Assembly (NCBI GenBank): GCA_963677595.1
Contig: OY782041.1
Location: 2,016,001-2,080,000, forward strand
Direction: 5' to 3'
Length of the DNA: 64,000 bases
Source of the DNA: Spirochaetia bacterium
GTDB lineage: Bacteria > Spirochaetota > Spirochaetia > CAKZLE01
Shown: one piece after another, positions 28,740 through 37,453 of the stretch
Position numbering within the stretch: the first letter of the stretch is position 1
Layout: each line of letters starts with the position of its first letter
Notes under the pieces: model-generated
What the model was told of the DNA's origin: nothing
What the model saw: the letters and a program-made list of their open reading frames with translations, nothing else
Databases searched by the model: none
Translations under genes and position numbers: made by a program

Positions 28740-29623
28740 CTTCAGGAACGAATCCCCTGAGTGGGATCTATTCAGCACTCATCACCCCGATGGATGCTGG
28801 GGAGCAGGTCAATATCCCGGTCCTGCGCGAGATCGTGGAATACCAGATCCAGAAGGGGGTGGAGGGGTTCTACTGCTGCGGCTCATCAGGGGAAGCACTG
28901 CTGCTTTCCCATGAGGAACGCGAGTTGATCGTCAAGACCGTCGCTGAACAGGTGGCAGGAAGGGTCCCCGTCATTGCCCATGTGGGCACGCTCAGGACCC
29001 GGGATACCGTGATGCTTGCCCGGCGTGCCATAGATGACGGGGCATCTGCGGTCTCGATGATCCCTCCTTACTACTACAAATTCTCACAGACTGAGATCCT
29101 CGGTTACTATGAGGATGTGGTCGCCGAAGCGAAGGTCCCGGTCATCATCTATAATATCCCGCAATTCACGGGGATCTCATTCACCAAGGAGAATGCCGGA
29201 TCTCTGCTGGAAAGGGAAGAGGTGATAGGCGTCAAGCACACATCCTCCGACCTGTACGGGCTGGAGCGGATGAAGAGTGCATTCCCTGACAAGCTCTATT
29301 TCAATGGGTTTGATGAGACCTTCCTCTCTGCGCTCTCAGCAGGTGCGGATTCTGCGATAGGGACTACGGTCAACCTGTTTGCCCCGCGATTCACGAAGAT
29401 CCGTGACCTGTTCAAGGCAGGGAACATAGTGGAAGCCCAGGTCGAGCAGACCAAGGCGAATACCTGTGTGGAACTGCTGGTAAAACATGGGATCTTCAAC
29501 GGGGTGAAATATGCACTTACCCTGCAGGGATTCGAGAGCGGGTCCTGCAGGGCTCCCTTCAAACCCCTTACAGCTGAAGCGAAGGAAGAGATCGCACAGC
29601 TGATGAACGAGTACAGCCTGTAA
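28733..29623 (+). CDS. N-acetylneuraminate lyase-like (DHDPS/NAL family)
   Basis: GIYSALITP, CGSSGE, IYNIP, GVKHTSSDLY, NGFDE, IGTTVN; overlaps the SDR stop. Confidence 0.85.
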   Translation: MVASGTNPLSGIYSALITPMDAGEQVNIPVLREIVEYQIQKGVEGFYCCGSSGEALLLSHEERELIVKTVAEQVAGRVPVIAHVGTLRTRDTVMLARRAIDDGASAVSMIPPYYYKFSQTEILGYYEDVVAEAKVPVIIYNIPQFTGISFTKENAGSLLEREEVIGVKHTSSDLYGLERMKSAFPDKLYFNGFDETFLSALSAGADSAIGTTVNLFAPRFTKIRDLFKAGNIVEAQVEQTKANTCVELLVKHGIFNGVKYALTLQGFESGSCRAPFKPLTAEAKEEIAQLMNEYSL

Positions 29624-29635
29624 CCACATGTAACA

Positions 29636-29672
29636 GCCTGATACGGGTCGTCCCGTATCAGGCCCGTTCTTT
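29636..29672 (+). terminator. Probable intrinsic terminator ending the island operon
   Basis: GCCTGATACGGG-TCGT-CCCGTATCAGGC followed by a pyrimidine-rich tail. Confidence 0.65.
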
Positions 29673-29812
29673 CATACCACGGTTCCCAAGTCCTTTCTTG
29701 GCTTGGAAGATGCTATCGAACAGAGTAGAGACAACAAAAACCCCCTTTAGAACTGCGTTATTCGCTGACAAGGGGTAAAACCACTATTTGTCAAGAAGTA
29801 TATGCATAAATA

Positions 29813-29841
29813 TTGACTAATTGTCTGATATCAGATATTTT
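29813..29841 (+). promoter_or_regulatory. Promoter with FadR-type operator in the spacer
   Basis: TTGACT-17-TATTTT; GTCTG-ATAT-CAGAT at 29823-29836. Confidence 0.55.
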
Positions 29842-29876
29842 ATCGATAAATATTTATATTTTCGAGGTGTTGGCAG

Positions 29877-30044
29877 ATGGCACAGAAAGGCAAGAAGAAA
29901 CAGCGTATCGGAAGTGCATTAGCAAGTTTCGGTAAATCCAGCAGAAACTGGCTGGCAAGTTCTTTCAGGGACGCTTTGAAGGACGAGGCTAAGAACGACC
30001 AAGATAGGGATGTGGTTGGTTCGTATCGGTATTACGGACTATAG
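29877..30044 (+). CDS. Small hypothetical protein (55 aa; below the ORF-track cut-off)
   Basis: GAGGTG RBS, ATG, MAQKGKKKQRIGSALASFGKSSRNWLASSFRDALKDEAKNDQDRDVVGSYRYYGL*; own promoter and terminator. Confidence 0.65.
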   Translation: MAQKGKKKQRIGSALASFGKSSRNWLASSFRDALKDEAKNDQDRDVVGSYRYYGL

Positions 30045-30060
30045 AGCAAGGAAGAGCATT

Positions 30061-30087
30061 GCCCACGGGATTGACCGTGGGTTTTTT
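30061..30087 (+). terminator. Intrinsic terminator
   Basis: CCCACGG-GATTGA-CCGTGGG-TTTTTT. Confidence 0.75.
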
Positions 30088-30092
30088 ATAGG

Positions 30093-30851
30093 TCACCCAT
30101 ACTGCTTGATGAACAGGTTGATGATGGTTGCAGCCACTACCAGGATGAAGAAGATCCTGATGAACTTCGTCCCCCGTGTTATGACGAGGTGGGTCCCGAC
30201 CCAGGAGCCGGCGAACTGTCCTGCCCCCATGAGCAGTCCCACTGCTATGATGACCTTCCCCGAGAAGAGGAACACGATCAATGATATGATGTTGCTCGTG
30301 AAGTTCATGGCCTTGGTGGCAGCTGTCGCCTTCTTGAGGTTGTAGCCGGCGAGGGTAGCCAGCGCGATGGTCCAGAAAGAGCCTGTCCCGGGGCCGAAGA
30401 AGCCGTCATAGAACCCGAGCAGTAAGCCGAAGCAGATGAAGAGCAGGGGTTCTGCCATTTTCCTCGGTGTATCCTCTGCCCCCAGTTTAGGGCTGGCGAT
30501 CGTGTAGATGAGGAGGGCGAGGAGCACGAAGGGGATGACCTTGCTCAAGGCGCTCGCATCCACCCTCTGGATCAGCAGTGCCCCTGTGGTCGCTCCGATT
30601 GCGGTGAATACGATACCTATGAACACCCTCCGTAATGAGACCAGCCCGCTGTGGCGGTAGCGCATCATCGAGGTGAAGGACCCGAAGGAGGCCTGCAGCT
30701 TGTTGGTGGCGATCGCCGCATGGGGCGGGATGCCCACCGAGAGCAGGACCGGCATGCTGATGATGCCGCCGCCTCCGGCGATGGCATCGACCAGCCCGGA
30801 GAGGGCTGCACCGAGAAAGAGCATAAGGTACTGATACACTGTAAGATCCAT
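30093..30851 (-). CDS. TSUP (TauE/SafE, YfcA-like) membrane transporter
   Basis: VDAIAGGGG, ATNKLQ, GFYDGFFGPGTGSF, NFTSN. Confidence 0.92.
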   Translation of the reverse strand: MDLTVYQYLMLFLGAALSGLVDAIAGGGGIISMPVLLSVGIPPHAAIATNKLQASFGSFTSMMRYRHSGLVSLRRVFIGIVFTAIGATTGALLIQRVDASALSKVIPFVLLALLIYTIASPKLGAEDTPRKMAEPLLFICFGLLLGFYDGFFGPGTGSFWTIALATLAGYNLKKATAATKAMNFTSNIISLIVFLFSGKVIIAVGLLMGAGQFAGSWVGTHLVITRGTKFIRIFFILVVAATIINLFIKQYG

Positions 30852-30912
30852 GACACACCTCTGAAGACAATACAGTATCAGTAGCCTGTTTTCCGGAATT
30901 AATCAAGGAAGC

Positions 30913-31584
30913 TCATAACTCTTTTTTCCTGAATATCCTGATAGAGACGATGTAGCTGATGCTGAAGACCAGGAGGGCGATGAGTAAGAGCGTGGTATTC
31001 CTCTGCGGTACTGACCAGGAGGTATACCAGGCTATGATCCTGTCAAGCAGGTTCGGCCCGTCATCCGCGGAGGCGAGCATGAGAATGAACCCCACCTGCA
31101 GTGCGACTCCCAGCCCGACGAGCCCGATCAGGAAGTACTTCACGACCAGCACCCCGAACCGCAGGTAGAAGGGAACCAGGAGTGAAATGAACATCATGCC
31201 CGTGATAATCCGTACCGCATCGAGGGGATCCACTACTCCCCGCGTCAGGGGGAGGAAGCCGCTGCTGAAGATGAGCGTGAATACCGCAGTCGAAGCCGCC
31301 CCGAAGAGGGTGCCGAGAAGGAGCAGCAGCATCTTCTCATGGACGACCGCATCCCGTTCTACCGGGAGGCTCATGAGGAAACGGTAGGTCTTAGCCTTGT
31401 CGGACTTGAAGCTCCCGGAGATGACCAGGAAGCCGACCATGATGCTCGAGAAGACGAATATGAAGGATACATCGGGGGCTTCGCCCAAGATCGAGAAGAG
31501 GATGAAGAACAGCAGGCTGTAGAGCCCGTAGAAGGGCAGTATCTTCCTCTGGCTGAGGAAATCCTTAGTCAGCAGTGTTCTCAT
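30913..31584 (-). CDS. ABC-2 type transporter permease
   Basis: LLTKDF, LMSLPVER..VV.EK, C-terminal FRKKEL; start after GGGAGG. Confidence 0.82.
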   Translation of the reverse strand: MRTLLTKDFLSQRKILPFYGLYSLLFFILFSILGEAPDVSFIFVFSSIMVGFLVISGSFKSDKAKTYRFLMSLPVERDAVVHEKMLLLLLGTLFGAASTAVFTLIFSSGFLPLTRGVVDPLDAVRIITGMMFISLLVPFYLRFGVLVVKYFLIGLVGLGVALQVGFILMLASADDGPNLLDRIIAWYTSWSVPQRNTTLLLIALLVFSISYIVSIRIFRKKEL

Positions 31585-32446
31585 ATGCAGTACCTCCCTG
31601 TGAATAGATGAAGAGATCTTCGATCGTGGGTCGCTCGAAGACTGCCTTCGGACCGAGCAGTCCCTTGAGCCTGACGGGATCTGCCGTGAGCCCGACGAAG
31701 CTGTAGGGGTGCTCTTCACAGCCGATGAACTGTTCCCTGATATCATCGGTGACGGCTGCTGGGTCGCACCGGCAGAGGGCATACTCCTCCCTGAGTTCCT
31801 CGATGCTGACCTGCTTCACGAGTTTCCCGGCATCGAGTACGGCTATATGGTCAGCGATCTGCTCCAGGTCGCTCGTGATATGGGTCGAGATGATGATCGT
31901 CCGGTGTTCTCTCATCATCTCCCTGCGGAGCAGGTCATACAGTTCCTTCCTGACGAGCGGGTCCAGCCCGGAGCTCGGCTCATCCATGATGAGCAGTTCC
32001 GCCTCGTGCGACAGGGCGATCGCCAGTGCCAGGCGCATCCTGCTTCCCTTCGAGAAGGTCTTGATCCGCTTCCGCTCCGGGATCTCGAAATCTTTGAGGT
32101 ATCTCAGGAACGCATCGCTGTCCCATCTCGGGTATGCTGCCCCGCAGATACGCCCGGTCTCCCGTGCCGTGAGGTTCTCATAGAGCACACTCTCCTCATG
32201 GACGAACCCGATCCTTGCCTTGAGCTCCTTCTGGCTTCCGGAGAGTTCCTTCCCGAATATGGTGACCGAACCACTGTCTGTGGAGATCAGTCCCAGGATC
32301 GCCTTGATCAGGGTGGTCTTTCCCGCACCGTTACGGCCAATGAGGCCGAGGACATACCCCTCCTCGACCGTCAGGGAGACATCCCTTAAGGCCTCTGTCT
32401 GCCTGAACTGTTTGCTGACGTTCCGTAATACCAGGATACTCATCAC
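31565..32446 (-). CDS. ABC transporter ATP-binding protein (YtrB-like)
   Basis: GRNGAGKT, FSKG, MDEPSSGLD, STH. Confidence 0.94.
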   Translation of the reverse strand: MMSILVLRNVSKQFRQTEALRDVSLTVEEGYVLGLIGRNGAGKTTLIKAILGLISTDSGSVTIFGKELSGSQKELKARIGFVHEESVLYENLTARETGRICGAAYPRWDSDAFLRYLKDFEIPERKRIKTFSKGSRMRLALAIALSHEAELLIMDEPSSGLDPLVRKELYDLLRREMMREHRTIIISTHITSDLEQIADHIAVLDAGKLVKQVSIEELREEYALCRCDPAAVTDDIREQFIGCEEHPYSFVGLTADPVRLKGLLGPKAVFERPTIEDLFIYSQGGTAYENTAD

Positions 32447-32820
32447 TCCTCCTCCCCGTACAGGATTTCGATCATGGCTGTGAGGTGTTCCTGCGGGATG
32501 CCGTAGGTCTTGGCTGCAGAGACCGCCTCATCGAGCAGGTTCTCGACCGCGCGTACCTGCTTCTCCCGCAGGAACTCCGGGTTCTGCTCTGCCACATAGG
32601 AGCCCTTCCCTGCGACTGAGTTGATGAGCCCTTCATGCTCTAGCTCGGCATACGCCCGCTTGGTCGTGATGACGCTGACCTGCAGCTCCCTTGCGAGGGT
32701 GCGGATGGAAGGCAGCATCTCTCCCGGCGCAAGCGTCCTGTTCACGATGGCTGAACGGACCTGATCGGCGATCTGCTGGTAGATAGGGTCATCGGAAGCA
32801 TTCGAAATGACTATATACAT
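32443..32820 (-). CDS. GntR family, YtrA subfamily regulator
   Basis: PIYQQI, LPSIRTLAREL.VSVITTKRAY; short C-terminus; heads an ABC operon. Confidence 0.92.
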   Translation of the reverse strand: MYIVISNASDDPIYQQIADQVRSAIVNRTLAPGEMLPSIRTLARELQVSVITTKRAYAELEHEGLINSVAGKGSYVAEQNPEFLREKQVRAVENLLDEAVSAAKTYGIPQEHLTAMIEILYGEEE

Positions 32821-32831
32821 AACAACCGTCC

Positions 32832-32874
32832 TTACTGTATATAAACTATATATACAGTAATTACAGATTGTCAA
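32832..32874 (-). promoter_or_regulatory. Promoter and YtrA-type operator
   Basis: TTACTGTATATA-N5-TATATACAGTAA (32832-32860) overlapping minus-strand TTGACA-18-TATAGT. Confidence 0.75.
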
Positions 32875-32956
32875 GGTGTGCTGCGTTAAAAAAGTTCTTC
32901 ATGTTCACCATCGTATGATATACTGTGCAGAACATCATATTACAGGGAGTGTGTAT

Positions 32957-33595
32957 ATGTGGTTCGGGACAGCTGACAACCGGGCTGCTGCAGATATCGC
33001 CAATGCGGCGGTACGCAGCACCGATAACTTTCATTGGACGTTCATCGCCATCTTCGCCGCCGTAGTCTATATCTATGCAACGGAGCTCAAGAATGGTAAT
33101 TATAGGAGTATTGCAGCGGGACTTGCCCTCTATACGGTCCACTGGTTCTACGAAATCCTCAATGCTGTCATAGGCGGGGTATCGGGGTATGCCCTCTGGA
33201 CCGTCTCCCCGGAGAGTACCTCCTTCATCCTGCTGATCGGGGTGAGCTGGGAGCTTTCCATGATGTTCAGCATCGCGGGGATCGCCCTCTCGAAACTCCT
33301 CCCCGCGGACAAGGACATGAAGCTCCTTGGGATCAACAACCGGGTCCTCTTCGCGGTCGGGAATGCGGCCTTCTTCTCTATCTTCGAGATCTTCCTCGCA
33401 TCCACGCCGGCATTCATCTGGGTCTACCCCTGGTGGGGTGCGATCCCCGTCTTCATCACCACCTACATCCCGTTCTTCCTTGCATCCTTCCTCATCCATG
33501 ACGCCGCCCCAAGGACACAGAAGCGGTTCATTGGCGGGATGGCGATCCTGGATACAGTGCTGCTGGTCATCCTGATCCCTGCAGGGGTCATCTGA
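32957..33595 (+). CDS. Uncharacterised integral membrane protein
   Basis: About 6-7 hydrophobic segments, GGGAG RBS, host-like codon usage. Confidence 0.75.
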   Translation: MWFGTADNRAAADIANAAVRSTDNFHWTFIAIFAAVVYIYATELKNGNYRSIAAGLALYTVHWFYEILNAVIGGVSGYALWTVSPESTSFILLIGVSWELSMMFSIAGIALSKLLPADKDMKLLGINNRVLFAVGNAAFFSIFEIFLASTPAFIWVYPWWGAIPVFITTYIPFFLASFLIHDAAPRTQKRFIGGMAILDTVLLVILIPAGVI

Positions 33596-33617
33596 AAGTT
33601 CTGGAAAGTTCTGAATA

Positions 33618-34634
33618 CTATTTCAGAGAGGATATTGATCCACGATCCTCGAACTGCTGACGTATCTTCAGTACGTGCGGTGAGCCGTCATCCTCTTCCT
33701 GGTTCATCTTGCTCAGCATGAGATCGACTGCGTATTTACCCATGAGCGACGTGTTGATCTTCATCGTAGAGATCTTCGGGGACTCCGGCTGGGAGTAGTC
33801 GATGGTATCTCCCGGTGAGAGCAGGGAGATATCCTCCGGGATACGAATACCCTTGGAGCTGATGATATGGTGGATCCGGGAGGCGAGGAAATCATCATGG
33901 ATGAAGAAGGCTGTCGGCCGGTCCCGGCTGATGAGCAGCCTGTCGAGTTCCGTTATGAGCGCTTCGGGCTGCTCCAGGGGTACCGTGATCCTCCACGCAT
34001 CAGGCAGGTCAAGGCCCTTGTCCAGCATGGAGGACCTGAAACCGTTATACCGGTCATTCATGACCACGGGCAATGACGGCCGTGGATAATCGAAATACGC
34101 GATCTTCGTATGACCCAACCTGTGCAGCACATCCACCGCCTCATAGGAGCCGCTGAAATCATCGACACAGACAGACCAGTAATCTCTCTGGTATTCTGAA
34201 TTGTTCACCACGACAAGCGGATATTTCTGTGCGGTCAGTTCCCGGAACAGGACATGGTCCCCATGATGGATGGAGAAGATCGCATCCGCCCCGGTCTTCT
34301 GGATGATCTCAAGGACCTCGGAGACCGGCTGTTCCGAGAGGATAGGGAGGATGAGGCTGGTGTAATCCAGGGCAGTCATCCTGGACTGGACACAGTCTAT
34401 GATATCTTTCAGGAAGTGCCAGACATAGCCCCAGGTATTACTGATGGGCAGCAGCATGATCGTGCTCTTGTGCGTCTTCGGGATCGTCTTCCGGTACTGG
34501 TACCCGATGTCATGGGCGATCGAGATGATCTTTGCCCGCATCTCCTCCGAGACCCTGCCTTTCCCTGAGAGTGCCAGGGAGACGGTAGCAGTCGTGACCT
34601 GTGCCTGTTCTGCGATATCTTTCAACGTTGCCAT
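33618..34634 (-). CDS. LacI family transcriptional regulator
   Basis: TLKDIAEQAQVTTATVSLAL HTH plus sugar-binding domain (RIPEDIS). Confidence 0.92.
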   Translation of the reverse strand: MATLKDIAEQAQVTTATVSLALSGKGRVSEEMRAKIISIAHDIGYQYRKTIPKTHKSTIMLLPISNTWGYVWHFLKDIIDCVQSRMTALDYTSLILPILSEQPVSEVLEIIQKTGADAIFSIHHGDHVLFRELTAQKYPLVVVNNSEYQRDYWSVCVDDFSGSYEAVDVLHRLGHTKIAYFDYPRPSLPVVMNDRYNGFRSSMLDKGLDLPDAWRITVPLEQPEALITELDRLLISRDRPTAFFIHDDFLASRIHHIISSKGIRIPEDISLLSPGDTIDYSQPESPKISTMKINTSLMGKYAVDLMLSKMNQEEDDGSPHVLKIRQQFEDRGSISSLK

Positions 34635-34675
34635 ACAGTAATACTATCATAGCTTATGTGTCTTGTATATAAAGA

Positions 34676-34826
34676 GGTTAAGTTTTTAATCATATAATCG
34701 AAATATACAGCTGCCTGCTGCAGGAATACCAATATTATCCAAGATATATAAGAATATTCAAAAAAAATCTTGACATATATGAAAAGGATGTTAATATATT
34801 AACCAGTTAAGATTAAAAAATTAACC
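34676..34826. promoter_or_regulatory. Divergent promoter region with three (G/A)TTAA-N4-TTAA(C/T) operators
   Basis: Sites at 34677, 34790 and 34812; TTGACA at 34770. Confidence 0.6.
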
Positions 34827-34839
34827 AAAGGCGTGATAG

Positions 34840-35163
34840 ATGAGACGATTTGGACAGGTGATCGGCCTGAATCCGGAATTCAGGGAGATGTATATACGGG
34901 AACATGCCGCCTGCTGGCCGGGGGTCCTGGCGAAGATCGGTGAGTGCGGTATCAGGAACTATTCGATCTTCATGAGGGGTGACCTGCTGTTTTCCTACTT
35001 TGAGTATCACGGGGATGATTTCGAGGCTGATATGAAGAAGATGGCAGCGGACCCTGAGACTCAGGACTGGTGGGCCCTGGTCGGGAAAGCCCAGGTGCCG
35101 GTGAAAGACCGTGCTGAAGGCGAGTGGTGGGTGACGATGGATGAAGTGTTCCACTGTGATTGA
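34840..35163 (+). CDS. rhaM: L-rhamnose mutarotase family protein
   Basis: Y..EH...WP, GIRNYSIF, LFSYFEY, WW, EVFH. Confidence 0.88.
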   Translation: MRRFGQVIGLNPEFREMYIREHAACWPGVLAKIGECGIRNYSIFMRGDLLFSYFEYHGDDFEADMKKMAADPETQDWWALVGKAQVPVKDRAEGEWWVTMDEVFHCD

Positions 35164-35178
35164 GATTTGGAGAGGATT

Positions 35179-36432
35179 ATGACTTCACGAGAGAGAGTAT
35201 TGACTGCGATAGCGCATAAGGAACCTGATAGAGTGCCGGTGGACATGGGTGCTACCCCGAGTTCCGGGATCTCAGCACAGGCATATGCCCGCCTGCAGGG
35301 ATACCTGGGCTATGATGAACCGACGCAGATATATGATGTGGTCCAGCAGCTGGCACAGCCAAGCGACCGGATCATTGACCATTTCGGGATCGATGTGCTT
35401 GATATCGGGCGTATGTGGAATGCACAAGCCTCCGACTGGTATGATGTTGATATCGGGCAAGGATTGACAGGTCAGTACCCCGTCTGGTTCCATCCGGAAC
35501 GGGCTGTAGACGGCGCCTGGGAAGCAAAGGATGAAAGGGGCAGGGTTCTGGCTTATATGCCTGAGGGGGCAACCTTTTTTGACCAGGCCGTCTTCCCCTG
35601 GATTGACGGGTATCCGGAATCAAGAGCAGATATGGAGGAGTTGCTTGATGAGGCAATGAACGACGTGTTGTGGCAGCGCTATGCACACAGCCCTTGGGAT
35701 CATGCCTCAGAGGATGATTTCTGGCAGCAGCTCAGAAGCAGAACTCTCAAGCTCCGTGAGAGTACGGATAAAGCCCTGATGGTAGTCTGTGGATGCAATC
35801 TCTTCGAATGGGGTACCTTCCTCAGGAGGATGGATAACTTCCTGATGGACCTCTATGTGGAGCAGGAGAAGGCAGCCATGCTCATGGAAGCCCTGATGAC
35901 GAGGCATATGGCCACATTGGAGAAGGTCTGTGCCGCGGTAGGTGATGTGGTAGACATCCTGCGGTTCGGGGATGACCTCGGAATGGACTCGGGACCGTTC
36001 ATGGGACTTGATATCTATCGTGAACTGTTTCATGATCACCGGACGCGGCTGTGTGATTATGTGCACCGGAACAGCTCCATGCATACGTTCCTGCATTCCT
36101 GCGGTTCGATCGAGCAGTACCTGCCGTCACTGATCGAGTCTGGGATTGATATCATAAACCCTGTACAGACGAACTGCCGTGATATGGAGGCTGCCTCGCT
36201 CAAGGCTGCCTACGGCAAGGATATCGTGTTCTGGGGCGGGGGTGTGGACCCGAGGGAGATCCTCAACCGGGGAACACCGCAGCAGGTGAAGGATGACGTG
36301 AGGAGGAGACTGGAGGTATTCTCCCCGGGTGGCGGCTATGTGTTCAACACGATCCATAATATACTGCCTGACGTCCCGCCGGAGAACATAGAGGCGGTAT
36401 TCCAGGCCGTTGAAGAATTCTCAAACAAATAA
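35179..36432 (+). CDS. URO-D / MtaA-CmuA methyltransferase-like protein
   Basis: MTSRERV..AIAHKEPDRVP, GDDLG, HSCG, NPVQ, FWGGG.D, GGYVF..IHNI..DVPPENI. Confidence 0.85.
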   Translation: MTSRERVLTAIAHKEPDRVPVDMGATPSSGISAQAYARLQGYLGYDEPTQIYDVVQQLAQPSDRIIDHFGIDVLDIGRMWNAQASDWYDVDIGQGLTGQYPVWFHPERAVDGAWEAKDERGRVLAYMPEGATFFDQAVFPWIDGYPESRADMEELLDEAMNDVLWQRYAHSPWDHASEDDFWQQLRSRTLKLRESTDKALMVVCGCNLFEWGTFLRRMDNFLMDLYVEQEKAAMLMEALMTRHMATLEKVCAAVGDVVDILRFGDDLGMDSGPFMGLDIYRELFHDHRTRLCDYVHRNSSMHTFLHSCGSIEQYLPSLIESGIDIINPVQTNCRDMEAASLKAAYGKDIVFWGGGVDPREILNRGTPQQVKDDVRRRLEVFSPGGGYVFNTIHNILPDVPPENIEAVFQAVEEFSNK

Positions 36433-36448
36433 AGGGGGCTATTCAACC

Positions 36449-37432
36449 ATGAACAGCATACTGAAGAAATATATCAAACGGAGGGAGAGCGGCATCGCCA
36501 TCGCGGCGATCCTGATCTTCCTGCTCTTTTCGATCACGACCGACAGCTTCCTGACTGCCTACAACCTGTTCAACATCTCACGGACCCTGGCGTTCTATGT
36601 GTTCATCGCCCTGAGCCAGGCAGTCGTCCTGGTAGTAGGCGGCATGAACCTCTCGATCGGGGGGATCGGTGCGCTGGCGACGATCACTACCGGGTACCTC
36701 CTGCAGAACGCGGGACTCCCCGGGTGGCTGGGCGTGATCTGTGCCCTGGCTGTCGGGCTGCTGTGCGGGCTGGTCAACGGGATCCTCATCACGAAGGTGC
36801 CGCTGAACGCCTTCATCGTGACCCTCTCGACGTCCTTCATCTTCACCGGCCTGGTATACGGGATCTCGAAAGGGTTCTCTTACACCGAGATCCCGAAGAG
36901 TTTCAGCTATGTGGGGCGTCAGGCCTGGTTTGGGCTTCCCGTCATATTCTGGATGCTGCTCCTGGTGCTGGGGCTGGTCTTCTATCTCTACCAGTTCACG
37001 GTGACAGGACGCAGGATGCTGGCAACCGGCGGGAACAAGGAAGCGGCACAGCTGTCCGGGATCAACACTGACAGGATGATCCTCCTGTCGAATGTACTGT
37101 CAGGTCTCTTTGCGGCACTGACCGGTATCCTCTACGTCTCGCGTATGGGCTCGGCACAGCCGGCAACCGGGACGAACTGGATGATCATCTCATTCGCCGT
37201 CGCGATCATCGGGGGTACTTCCCTTGACGGCGGGGTCATCACAGCCGTGGGTCTGTTCTTCGGCGGTGTGATCATGGTCATGATCAAGAACGGGCTGATA
37301 TTGGTCGAGGCCAATGTCTATTTTGAACAGGCATTCCTTGGGTTGATCATATTGCTGGCAGTCTCCCTAGACAGGCTGCAGTACTTCTTCTCTCAGCTGA
37401 GAAAGAAGATGGTCAATGCAAAGAAGAGATAA
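36449..37432 (+). CDS. Sugar ABC transporter permease (RbsC-like)
   Basis: GGMNLSIG, GGNKEAAQLSGI, IIGGTSL.GG. Confidence 0.92.
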   Translation: MNSILKKYIKRRESGIAIAAILIFLLFSITTDSFLTAYNLFNISRTLAFYVFIALSQAVVLVVGGMNLSIGGIGALATITTGYLLQNAGLPGWLGVICALAVGLLCGLVNGILITKVPLNAFIVTLSTSFIFTGLVYGISKGFSYTEIPKSFSYVGRQAWFGLPVIFWMLLLVLGLVFYLYQFTVTGRRMLATGGNKEAAQLSGINTDRMILLSNVLSGLFAALTGILYVSRMGSAQPATGTNWMIISFAVAIIGGTSLDGGVITAVGLFFGGVIMVMIKNGLILVEANVYFEQAFLGLIILLAVSLDRLQYFFSQLRKKMVNAKKR

Positions 37433-37453
37433 AAAAGAATGGAGGAATCATTC

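Noticed and set aside
29680-29800. TGACAA...TTGTCA inverted pair at the island edge as an IS end or attachment site
   Set aside because: Too short; no partner copy, integrase or tRNA seen in the window
30010-30345. 111-aa plus-strand ORF
   Set aside because: Runs through a terminator and lies antisense to the TSUP gene; the 29877..30044 frame has better signals
35179-36432. hemE call, and hemG calls for the two flavodoxins
   Set aside because: Motifs fit the URO-D-like/methyltransferase branch; no tetrapyrrole pathway context
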